IMG/VR virus record: IMGVR_UViG_3300021387_003827
Coordinates: 64,001-128,000 of that record
DNA: 64,000 bases
Origin: a virus
Taxonomy: Duplodnaviria > Caudoviricetes
Reading direction: 5' to 3' (one strand)
Positions 41,379 to 49,105 of this stretch are shown here, in pieces (positions within the stretch are counted from its first letter, which is position 1; every line of letters begins with the position of its first letter). The translations under genes were made by a program, and so were the position numbers. The notes under the pieces are model-generated. The model saw nothing but the letters and a program-made list of their open reading frames with translations, had not been told where the DNA came from and did not search any database.

Positions 41379-42664
41379 TAGAAAAATATGAAAATGAGGC
41401 AGCCTGGAATTCCGCAGAGAAGACAGAAAATACATTAGGCCTTATTCAAAATACTGGAGAAATAAAAACAAAAGGATTTAATATAATAACTAAAAGTCCT
41501 AAAGTTGGTGATGCTATATATCTAGACCCGAATAACGATATTAGGGCAATAGAACTTGACTCTCTTACACCATCACTTCTCTCTGACTGGACTTCTGTTG
41601 GCTCTGTTTATCATACGGAAGGAGATAATATATGGATAGTTGCGAAAAATGGTGGGTCTTATAAATGGGCAGCTGTTGCTATATGGCGAGTGACTGGATA
41701 TACTTTAGATGGAACTTCTAGGACTGGAGTATGGGAATCCTATCAGGCGGCATCAACAACCACAGACAATACTTTTACATATTCAGCAACAACAAAAGAA
41801 GACTTTGCATCTCAACTTCATACCTTTATCTCTGCCATAGACTCGAGTATATATAACTACAGTGCTTATGTAAATACCGATGGTGAGGTTGTAATTCAGG
41901 CCAATATATATAATTCATATTGGCAGAATTATCCTTCATTTACATCTGGCCTATCAAGTACTATTTTTTATAATAACCCTAACCCCACAATAACATGGAG
42001 TCCAACTATGGATGGATTTCATATTATATATTCCACCTGTAATAAAAAAAGAATTAAACAGTGGGGAGGAAGAAATGCGCCGACTTCAGAGGTTCCTTGT
42101 CCGAATAATACACCAATATCAAAGGCCAGTTTCGAAGCTAATTCTAATTATGTATCTAGGTATGGAGATTATGAAACCTACTTAGACCAAAACCAATCTA
42201 GATGTCCTTCTGGTTGTGGGGCAGTATCACATAGAGATAAAGGAAAAGAGTATACAAATGCTCTTATCGGAAAAACCTATATAGATACCTCTGGGACGAC
42301 AAGGCCATTTTATTCGGCGGCAGAATATGCTGTTGGATATGGATTTTCGGGGAATACAAAACTATCGGCCGGGAAATGGTGGGTACCCGATCTTGAAGAA
42401 ATAGTTTATATGATGAGAGACACTACTTATGGTCTTTCTGGGGTTTCTGCTGCAAATGCCGACCCTGTGAATAGATGTTTAAACCTCATGGGTGGATCTC
42501 TTATTTCAGCGACCGCTTACAGATGGAGTTCTGTTCGTTGCGACAGTTACCATTGCTGGAGTTATGACAGTATTGGTTACTTGTACATCGACAACTTCTA
42601 TAACTCGTTTATGGTGTCCCCGGTTTCCCGCCTTTTGAAAAGCGAATTGTATGAGCGACGATAG
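41375..42664 (+). CDS. DGR target protein 2 (putative receptor-binding protein)
   Basis: ATG at 41375 is ATGA-coupled. 3' end carries VR2. Paralog of target 1. Confidence 0.85.
   Translation: MIEKYENEAAWNSAEKTENTLGLIQNTGEIKTKGFNIITKSPKVGDAIYLDPNNDIRAIELDSLTPSLLSDWTSVGSVYHTEGDNIWIVAKNGGSYKWAAVAIWRVTGYTLDGTSRTGVWESYQAASTTTDNTFTYSATTKEDFASQLHTFISAIDSSIYNYSAYVNTDGEVVIQANIYNSYWQNYPSFTSGLSSTIFYNNPNPTITWSPTMDGFHIIYSTCNKKRIKQWGGRNAPTSEVPCPNNTPISKASFEANSNYVSRYGDYETYLDQNQSRCPSGCGAVSHRDKGKEYTNALIGKTYIDTSGTTRPFYSAAEYAVGYGFSGNTKLSAGKWWVPDLEEIVYMMRDTTYGLSGVSAANADPVNRCLNLMGGSLISATAYRWSSVRCDSYHCWSYDSIGYLYIDNFYNSFMVSPVSRLLKSELYERR
42509..42630 (+). repeat. DGR variable repeat VR2
   Basis: 122 bp colinear with TR 43511-43632; 14 mismatches, all at TR adenines. 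Confidence 0.95.
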
Positions 42665-42689
42665 TCCTGCGCAGTTGTACGCGCAGGAC
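42664..42689 (+). promoter_or_regulatory. GC-rich hairpin downstream of VR2 (DGR target-recognition stem-loop candidate)
   Basis: GTCCTGCGC-agttgtac-GCGCAGGAC, a perfect 9-bp stem. Confidence 0.7.
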
Positions 42690-42731
42690 CTGATAAATCG
42701 TGGAAATAATATCTATTAAAATTGTTTCATT

Positions 42732-43397
42732 ATGAACAAGAATAACAGTCCACTATCTTCTAAAGTGGCGGGATTTAGAAAAAGTATTAAGAAAAGAAGC
42801 AGAACCACTAGATTACCAAAACCAAAGACAGGGGTAGACCTTGTTGTGGAAATGAAAGCAATGCATAAATTATTACGTGGCTTAATATCTAAGAATTTAA
42901 TTACTTATGATAGAGAGCACCTACTAAAAGATATGATCGAATATTGTCTTAATATTATTTTCAGATTAGAACAATGGAGAACAGTAAAAGCTAAAGATGT
43001 TAAAGAAAGATTTAGAGTGTGCGAAATTTCCTATAATGAGTATGTAAAATTAAAATACTCACTTAGGTTAATTGTAGAAGACCCAGACCTTCATTTAAGA
43101 GGCCAGAAAAACCAAATAATTGCAGAAGTCTTAAATATTATATCAAGAGCTGATGAAGGTTTTAAGAAATGGTATACATACTCTTATGAAACATATTATA
43201 AAGCTTTTAGTGTCCCGTTTGGATTTAGTGATGTTTCGCCTATATCTAATCCAACAGTAAATAGCCAGACTGGTTCTAATATTAATCCCTTTTTATGTCG
43301 AAGTGAATCAAATGCTATAGCAGGGAAATCCTTCGACTATAATCAATCTGGCATAGTAAACGGTGGAGATGGAGAATCCACCGAGGATATAGACTAA
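42732..43397 (+). CDS. avd: DGR accessory protein, Avd-like four-helix bundle with C-terminal extension
   Basis: Located between VR2 and TR; basic and helical; LKYSLRLI...EGFKKW ending resembles Avd. Confidence 0.6.
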   Translation: MNKNNSPLSSKVAGFRKSIKKRSRTTRLPKPKTGVDLVVEMKAMHKLLRGLISKNLITYDREHLLKDMIEYCLNIIFRLEQWRTVKAKDVKERFRVCEISYNEYVKLKYSLRLIVEDPDLHLRGQKNQIIAEVLNIISRADEGFKKWYTYSYETYYKAFSVPFGFSDVSPISNPTVNSQTGSNINPFLCRSESNAIAGKSFDYNQSGIVNGGDGESTEDID

Positions 43398-43510
43398 GTT
43401 CTATATTCGACATTGAAACAAATCCTTATTAAATAATAATGGGAATCATAGGTAGCAACAACACTGATTTTACATTAAGTTGACCCTACCAACATCAAAT
43501 TTGATTGGGA

Positions 43511-43632
43511 ACGACCGCTAACAGATGGAGTTCTGTTCGTTACAACAGTAACAATTGCTGGAATTATAACAGTAATGGTTACTTGAACAACAACAACTTC
43601 AATAACTCGTTAATGGTGTCCCCGGTTTCCCG
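43511..43632 (+). ncRNA. DGR template repeat (TR)
   Basis: 38 adenines and 13 AAY codons; matches both VRs except at A positions; lies between the avd-like and RT-remnant genes. Confidence 0.95.
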
Positions 43633-43645
43633 ACATTATTATATT

Positions 43646-43957
43646 ATGGATATTATAAGTCTCCTTGAGGCCTACAAGATAGCTAGAAAATCTAATATAG
43701 CTAAAGCATTTGTTTCCATAGATAACTTAAACAAAATACCAAATAAAGAAGATAGAGTAATTGATTTTCTCCAAACTGTTAATTCTTATCTTGGTATGCT
43801 TAGGAATCGGAATAGTTATGGTGCACTCTTAGAACTACTACGATATGTAGACCCTGAATGGTGGTTATACTTTACTATAGCAATAGATAAGAATACTAAG
43901 AAAATTAAGAAGGTTGTCTTGAAGGATCAATATAAAAAGAAAAGAATTATAGTATGA
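43646..43957 (+). pseudogene. internally deleted DGR reverse transcriptase (N-terminal helix fused in frame to thumb/C-terminus; 103 aa)
   Basis: Starts LLEAYKIARK (DGR-RT N-terminus) and continues into VNSYLGMLRNRNSY...PEWWLY (thumb). No YxDD or other core motifs. Sits where the RT is expected, 13 bp after TR. Confidence 0.75.
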
Positions 43958-44160
43958 AAAGCGCAGAAACCAGAATTCATGAGGCCCAAGAATACCTTAA
44001 TGCAACTGATTATAAAGTAATCAAGTGGGCAGAGGGTGTAGAAGAGCCAGATGAAGAAATAAAAAGAAAACGTCAGAAAGCCAGGGACACTATAAATGAG
44101 TGTCTGAATGAAATCAAGTCTAGGCCGGTGGATCCTGATGAATTTCTTAGAGAGGTGTAA
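43954..44160 (+). CDS. small phage protein (often found next to tail fibres)
   Basis: L.ATDYKVIK.AEG...KRQ.ARD.IN motif; ATGA-coupled. Confidence 0.6.
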   Translation: MKSAETRIHEAQEYLNATDYKVIKWAEGVEEPDEEIKRKRQKARDTINECLNEIKSRPVDPDEFLREV

Positions 44161-44176
44161 AAACCTCTCTTCTTTT
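44149..44176 (+). terminator. intrinsic terminator ending the virion/DGR operon
   Basis: AGAGAGGT-gtaaaa-ACCTCTCT followed by TCTTTT. Confidence 0.6.
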
Positions 44177-44225
44177 CTTCCCACCCCCAGACTCTTATAA
44201 TTGAAACTATAAAATAATACAAAAT

Positions 44226-45512
44226 ATGCCAAAGAAAATTACATGGATTAAAAACGGATCAACTTTTACTAGAGCAGAAGGAGAAGTATCTGCTCTATCT
44301 AAGTTACCAAAAGCAATTTATACAATAAACTTCAATCCGATGGCGGGTTGGTCTATTGAACATTTTGCAGATAAGTTTGAATTTGGTTATAAGATTTACG
44401 GTCTTCAGGAGGAATTCATTAAGTACATTATTAATACCTGGGAGAATACTACAGGAAATCTTGGTATACTCCTTAATGGAATCCGTGGAACTGGTAAAAC
44501 TGTAACAGCAAAGATACTCTGTAATACTATTCCTGATCTTCCCGTTATTTTAATTAAGAATATGGGAAATTATAATCAGGGTATGATAGAGTATATCGGC
44601 GCATTTAATTTTGACTGTATTCTCCTGATAGACGAGTTTGAGAAAGAATTTAGTAAGGAAGACTCCACTATTCTTCAGCTAATGGATGGTGTTTACACGA
44701 GTGGTCATAGAAAAATATGCCTTCTCACGACTAACACTTTATCTGTGAATGAGAATCTCCTGGATCGTCCTACGCGAGTGAGATATGTAAAGAAGTTTGG
44801 AAATATTGATCTGAAATCCGCGACAGAGTACCTTGAGGATAATCTTAATGATAAATCTCTGATTAATGAGATTATATCCTACACAGATACCCTGAAGATC
44901 TCAACCATCGATATTCTGAAGATGATTGTGGAGGAGATCAATATTCATGGTATAGATGAATTTAGAAAATCAAAGAATTTCCTTAATATCTCTACAAACG
45001 ACTACTCTTATAGGACTATATATTGTTCAATTGAAGGTGGAGAAGGAATTAAGAAAGTACAAACCTACTGTAATGAGAAAGGCTGGGCACTGAAAGACTT
45101 CTTCAAAGCCACACTAATGACGAGGAAAAATCCAATGTATAGTCCATATATCAAAGACGAGGACAACGTAACAAAGGCTGAGAAGGAGAAACTAGAAAAA
45201 TATCAAGAATGGTGTGCTCTTAGAGCAGAACTACAGAGAATGTGTATTATTAGCCCAGGATATAACACCATAGAAACTGAAAGAAAAATCAATAACTATA
45301 AAGTTGGTGATATTTTCATTCAACGCATAGATGATTATGATCCTGATGAGTCTTATGTTGAGAAAATTATATATCTCGAAAAAGATTTTATTATATCTCA
45401 GCAAGAGTATAAGGATGGTAGAGTTTATCTGAATGGATACATTATTGAATCCTATTCTCAGAGCAGTATTTATGGAACCGGCGGCCCTGGAGCTATAATT
45501 AACGTTTTATAA
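44226..45512 (+). CDS. AAA+ ATPase
   Basis: Walker A GIRGTGKT, Walker B LLIDEFEK, sensor TTN and arginine finger DRPTR. Confidence 0.85.
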   Translation: MPKKITWIKNGSTFTRAEGEVSALSKLPKAIYTINFNPMAGWSIEHFADKFEFGYKIYGLQEEFIKYIINTWENTTGNLGILLNGIRGTGKTVTAKILCNTIPDLPVILIKNMGNYNQGMIEYIGAFNFDCILLIDEFEKEFSKEDSTILQLMDGVYTSGHRKICLLTTNTLSVNENLLDRPTRVRYVKKFGNIDLKSATEYLEDNLNDKSLINEIISYTDTLKISTIDILKMIVEEINIHGIDEFRKSKNFLNISTNDYSYRTIYCSIEGGEGIKKVQTYCNEKGWALKDFFKATLMTRKNPMYSPYIKDEDNVTKAEKEKLEKYQEWCALRAELQRMCIISPGYNTIETERKINNYKVGDIFIQRIDDYDPDESYVEKIIYLEKDFIISQQEYKDGRVYLNGYIIESYSQSSIYGTGGPGAIINVL

Positions 45513-45513
45513 T

Positions 45514-47634
45514 ATGAAAGACCTACTTCAAAAACAATTCGACAAGCTTCAAGAGACAGGAATGCTCTTTAGAAGCGAGATTTCTGGAGATAAACTCTGG
45601 GAACTATATATGAAAGGATTTGGACAGGATCCTATATATCTATGTCCAGATTCCAGTGAGCATAATTGTAATAATTGTCATAATTTTATCAGAAGATACG
45701 GAAATATCGTAGCTCTTGATAAGGACTTAAACATTATGACATTATTCGATAACTGTTCCGATCCAGAGTACAAGAACTCCTTTGATCTTATGTCCTCTGA
45801 ACTTAAAGGTGCAAAGATTCAAAGAGTATTCAAAGAAACGTGGGACATGCTTAATAAGCTGCCCTATGAAAGAATCACCAAGAGAAATACTAAGTATCAG
45901 CTTGGTGTAGCTTCGAATGTAAGAGTCTTTACTCCTGAGGATGTTAAGAAATATGGGTCTGTAGTTAAAGCCGGGAGCACGACAACCTTTGAGCACTTGT
46001 CCATGGTCGTTGACTCCATTTATGTGGATACAACAGGGGCTAGTATAGAAAATATCGAGGCTAGATATCGGGAAGATAAAAATGTCTTCAAGAGAGCGCT
46101 AGACGAAATCCCGGTTGATACATTACTTCTTGTAAAGGATCTTATCAATCAGGGGTCTCTCTTAGATGGAACGGCTCATCTGCATAAGATAGAGGCCATG
46201 ATTCCAATCGCTCAGGAATATGAAAACGTTCCGAAAGACAAAGAAGACAACTGGGCCTGGGTACAATCATATGAATTTAAGTACGCCAGATTTAGAAATG
46301 AGCTGATCGGGGTATTATGCTCTGACTTAGCACAGGGAGTAGAACTCAATAAGGCCGTACAGGATTGGAACAAGAGAGTAGATCCTGCAAATTATATGAA
46401 GGCTACTGCTCCTATCACCAAGCAAATGATTTCTGAAGCAAAGAAATTCATTGAGGACAACGGATACGCCGAGTCATTTACACGTAGGGTAGCTACAATA
46501 GATGATATCAAAGCTTCTGACATCCTTCACATAAACTCTGGTGATGGGAAAATTAACCCAGTATCTGTGCTTGATTCTCTTGCTCCGACCGCACCCACAA
46601 GACATAAGAAGTCTGAGTTTGACGGGGTAGAAACCGTGTCCATAGACAAGTTTATGAAGGATATTCTACCAGGGTGTACCAGTGTTGAAGTATATTTGCA
46701 GTCTAAGCACGCAAAGAATTTCGTTACATTGACTACGGCAGAGAATAAAGACTCCAAGCCTATATTTAAATGGCCAAATAATTTCTCGTGGACTTACACC
46801 GGAGGCCTCGCTGGTAAGAGCCAAATTAAAGAAGCGGTTAAGAAAGCCGGTGGATTTGTAGATGCCCCGTTCCGATTCTCTATAATGTGGAATGAAGACG
46901 GAAGAAGTATCGTGGATCTTGACGCGCATGCTATAGAAGGAGGCGGTGGCGGACATATCTATTATGGAAGCTTTAGGTCTCCCAACCATACGAATTTTGG
47001 TGGCACTCTTGATGTTGATATGATTCGACCTACGGAGGTTGGTGTAGAAAATATTTTCTGGAATGACATGTCAAGAGTGGCCGATGGAACATACAAGTTC
47101 TTCATTAGAAACTTCGATGGAGGAAATTGTAGTGGAGCAAAAGCGGAAATCGCAATTGGTGACTCGGTATTTCAGTACTTTGTTCCAGGATGTGATCTTC
47201 ATGGACACGTTGATGCTCAAATTGCAGAAGTTACTATCAAAGATGGAGATCTCTCCTCGATTAAGCAATCCAAGTATCTTACTTCAGAAGATGCCGTAGG
47301 TATTGAAATATTTGGTCTAAAGACCGGAGAATTCCAAAAGGTAAATCTAATTTGCCTTAGTCCAAATCATTGGGACAGTCCTGTAGGAAATAAACACTAT
47401 TTCTTTATGTTGGATGGTGCAAAGAGTCCAGAATCAATCAGAACCTTCCACAATGAGAACCTAATTCCTGAACTTCTCAACCACAGAAAGGTCATGGAAG
47501 TCTTAGGAAATACAACTAAGGCTGAATCAGTGAAGGGTCAATTATCCGGACTTGGATTTGACTCCACAGTACGAGACGAGGTTATTCTTCGACTTAAAGG
47601 ATCATTCAAACGTTTAATAAAAGTAACATTCTAA
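45514..47634 (+). CDS. conserved phage protein with YfaP/DUF2135-like domain
   Basis: 706 aa; DLDAH..HIYY..GGTLDVDM..GVENIFW motif; N-terminal HNCNNC. Confidence 0.55.
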   Translation: MKDLLQKQFDKLQETGMLFRSEISGDKLWELYMKGFGQDPIYLCPDSSEHNCNNCHNFIRRYGNIVALDKDLNIMTLFDNCSDPEYKNSFDLMSSELKGAKIQRVFKETWDMLNKLPYERITKRNTKYQLGVASNVRVFTPEDVKKYGSVVKAGSTTTFEHLSMVVDSIYVDTTGASIENIEARYREDKNVFKRALDEIPVDTLLLVKDLINQGSLLDGTAHLHKIEAMIPIAQEYENVPKDKEDNWAWVQSYEFKYARFRNELIGVLCSDLAQGVELNKAVQDWNKRVDPANYMKATAPITKQMISEAKKFIEDNGYAESFTRRVATIDDIKASDILHINSGDGKINPVSVLDSLAPTAPTRHKKSEFDGVETVSIDKFMKDILPGCTSVEVYLQSKHAKNFVTLTTAENKDSKPIFKWPNNFSWTYTGGLAGKSQIKEAVKKAGGFVDAPFRFSIMWNEDGRSIVDLDAHAIEGGGGGHIYYGSFRSPNHTNFGGTLDVDMIRPTEVGVENIFWNDMSRVADGTYKFFIRNFDGGNCSGAKAEIAIGDSVFQYFVPGCDLHGHVDAQIAEVTIKDGDLSSIKQSKYLTSEDAVGIEIFGLKTGEFQKVNLICLSPNHWDSPVGNKHYFFMLDGAKSPESIRTFHNENLIPELLNHRKVMEVLGNTTKAESVKGQLSGLGFDSTVRDEVILRLKGSFKRLIKVTF

Positions 47635-47638
47635 AGTT

Positions 47639-48046
47639 ATGTACAGAAAAGCATTAAAATTAAAACTCAGATTCATGTCGGCTCAGGGCCCTCTTACTAC
47701 AGAGATGCTCTTTGATGTGAAAATTACAACCTTAGCTAAGATGGTTAAGGATCAAAGAGACGAGGTCAAGAGATTACAGGGGTCCGATGACTCAGAGCTT
47801 GACTTCTTGGAAGAAAAAGAAGTCTCTGAAGAACTCGCCATTGCAAAGCTCAAGTTTGACGTTCTGAAAGATGTGTATGTCTCGAGGCGTGATGAAATGG
47901 AAAGTGCCAGAAAAGCTGAATCAAAGAAAGAAGAAATCAAGAAACTGGCGGAGCTCATCGAAAAGAAAAAGAATCAAGAGCTCGAAAATCTCTCCGTCGA
48001 CGAGCTGGAGCAAAAGATGCGCGAACTTCAAGGCGAAGGAAAATAA
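47639..48046 (+). CDS. coiled-coil hypothetical protein
   Basis: 135 aa, highly charged. Confidence 0.7.
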   Translation: MYRKALKLKLRFMSAQGPLTTEMLFDVKITTLAKMVKDQRDEVKRLQGSDDSELDFLEEKEVSEELAIAKLKFDVLKDVYVSRRDEMESARKAESKKEEIKKLAELIEKKKNQELENLSVDELEQKMRELQGEGK

Positions 48047-48050
48047 AATT

Positions 48051-48075
48051 AGAGAGGGTAATCCCTCTCTTTTTT
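48051..48075 (+). terminator. intrinsic terminator
   Basis: AGAGAGGG-taat-CCCTCTCT followed by TTTTT. Confidence 0.75.
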
Positions 48076-48085
48076 CTTATATATG
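48074..48085 (+). promoter_or_regulatory. putative phage promoter motif (TTCTTATATATG)
   Basis: Recurring motif, 2 nt before the ATG at 48088. Confidence 0.5.
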
Positions 48086-48087
48086 AT

Positions 48088-48420
48088 ATGATGACAACTG
48101 TAATATACTATGAAAGAAGAGGCCATGAAGACAAAGGGGTATTCGGAGGATTGTCTGGATGGATTGAAGATAGTACAGATTGGTGTAAGATATATGATAT
48201 AATAAAACAACTACAAGAGAATACTCCCGGACTGATAGATGATAACACGGTTGTATATACGAACTCTGGTATTTATTATGTATATGGATATTCAGAAAAA
48301 GATCTAGAGTCTTATGCATTTGTAAAGTGTAATAAGAGACTACCAGCCAGAGAAAAAGTTATGTCTTGGTTGATGGAAAACTTTAATGTAATAAAGGAAT
48401 GCTGGAAAAAGAAGAAATAG
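48088..48420 (+). CDS. hypothetical protein
   Basis: 110-aa ORF, last gene before the strand switch. Confidence 0.6.
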   Translation: MMTTVIYYERRGHEDKGVFGGLSGWIEDSTDWCKIYDIIKQLQENTPGLIDDNTVVYTNSGIYYVYGYSEKDLESYAFVKCNKRLPAREKVMSWLMENFNVIKECWKKKK

Positions 48421-48459
48421 TACTCACACAAGGAATACTATTTCTCTTTATTTTTTTTT
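48413..48459. terminator. terminator between convergent transcription units
   Basis: AGAAATAGTA...TACTATTTCT stem plus T tract at the strand switch. Confidence 0.55.
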
Positions 48460-49099
48460 AGTTCTCTCTATTCTCTTTTTCGAGTTCTAAGAGTCTAAAA
48501 TATCTATCAACTGCAGCATATGAAGTAAGATGATATTGTAATCTATCCTTAACTTCATTATCTGAACCATAAGATATAATAAGATCCTCAAAATCTATTA
48601 CAGAATCTTTAAGAACTAATTGCAATGTCTCTGAATCAAGATATTTCTGGGCGGTACCAGGATTTAACTCAGCCAGGGTAAGATGTGGAGTATAAGAATC
48701 AAACTTACTTGGTACTTCATACTTTACTGCAAGGCCTTTATTGATTAATCTTAGATACTTAAATAACCCAAAATCTTCCTTCATTTTCAGAACAACATAA
48801 TCAGACTCGTTCTCAAACTTTCCCAAGTCAAATATATCAAGGACATTTTCTTCCCTCTCCTCCTCAAGATATTTAAGAAATTCTGTGGTATCATCATAAC
48901 CAAGAATATCTTTAATATCGTTTAGAAGATTAGTTCTGGGAATATCTCTTCCTTGAGCATACAAGAGAGTTATATGGGAATCGAGCTCTATTCCGGTATC
49001 CTTAAGATCGGAATCATCAAAAATAGCCGACAAGGACACAGGAGTTTGTAAATTAGCCGTTAACATTAAACAGCTATTCAGATTTCCTTTATTTTCCAT
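48458..49099 (-). CDS. 2H phosphoesterase, Acb1/T4 gp57B-like (candidate anti-CBASS nuclease)
   Basis: Two HxT motifs: SHITLLY and FDSYTPHLTLA. Confidence 0.7.
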   Translation of the reverse strand: MENKGNLNSCLMLTANLQTPVSLSAIFDDSDLKDTGIELDSHITLLYAQGRDIPRTNLLNDIKDILGYDDTTEFLKYLEEEREENVLDIFDLGKFENESDYVVLKMKEDFGLFKYLRLINKGLAVKYEVPSKFDSYTPHLTLAELNPGTAQKYLDSETLQLVLKDSVIDFEDLIISYGSDNEVKDRLQYHLTSYAAVDRYFRLLELEKENREN

Positions 49100-49105
49100 A
49101 ATTCA

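Larger units (their letters stand above)
39644..43957 (+). mobile_element. diversity-generating retroelement (two targets, avd, TR, RT remnant)
   Basis: Adenine-specific TR/VR divergence plus canonical cassette layout. Confidence 0.9.

Noticed and set aside
40799-43632. CRISPR array interpretation of the three ~120-bp repeats
   Set aside because: Repeats are too long, lie kilobases apart, two are inside genes, and they differ only at adenines: a DGR pattern.
43505-43645. Asn-rich N-terminal part of the track ORF 43505-43957 as protein
   Set aside because: It is the DGR template repeat read in frame (AAY codons give Asn). The plausible start is the ATG at 43646.
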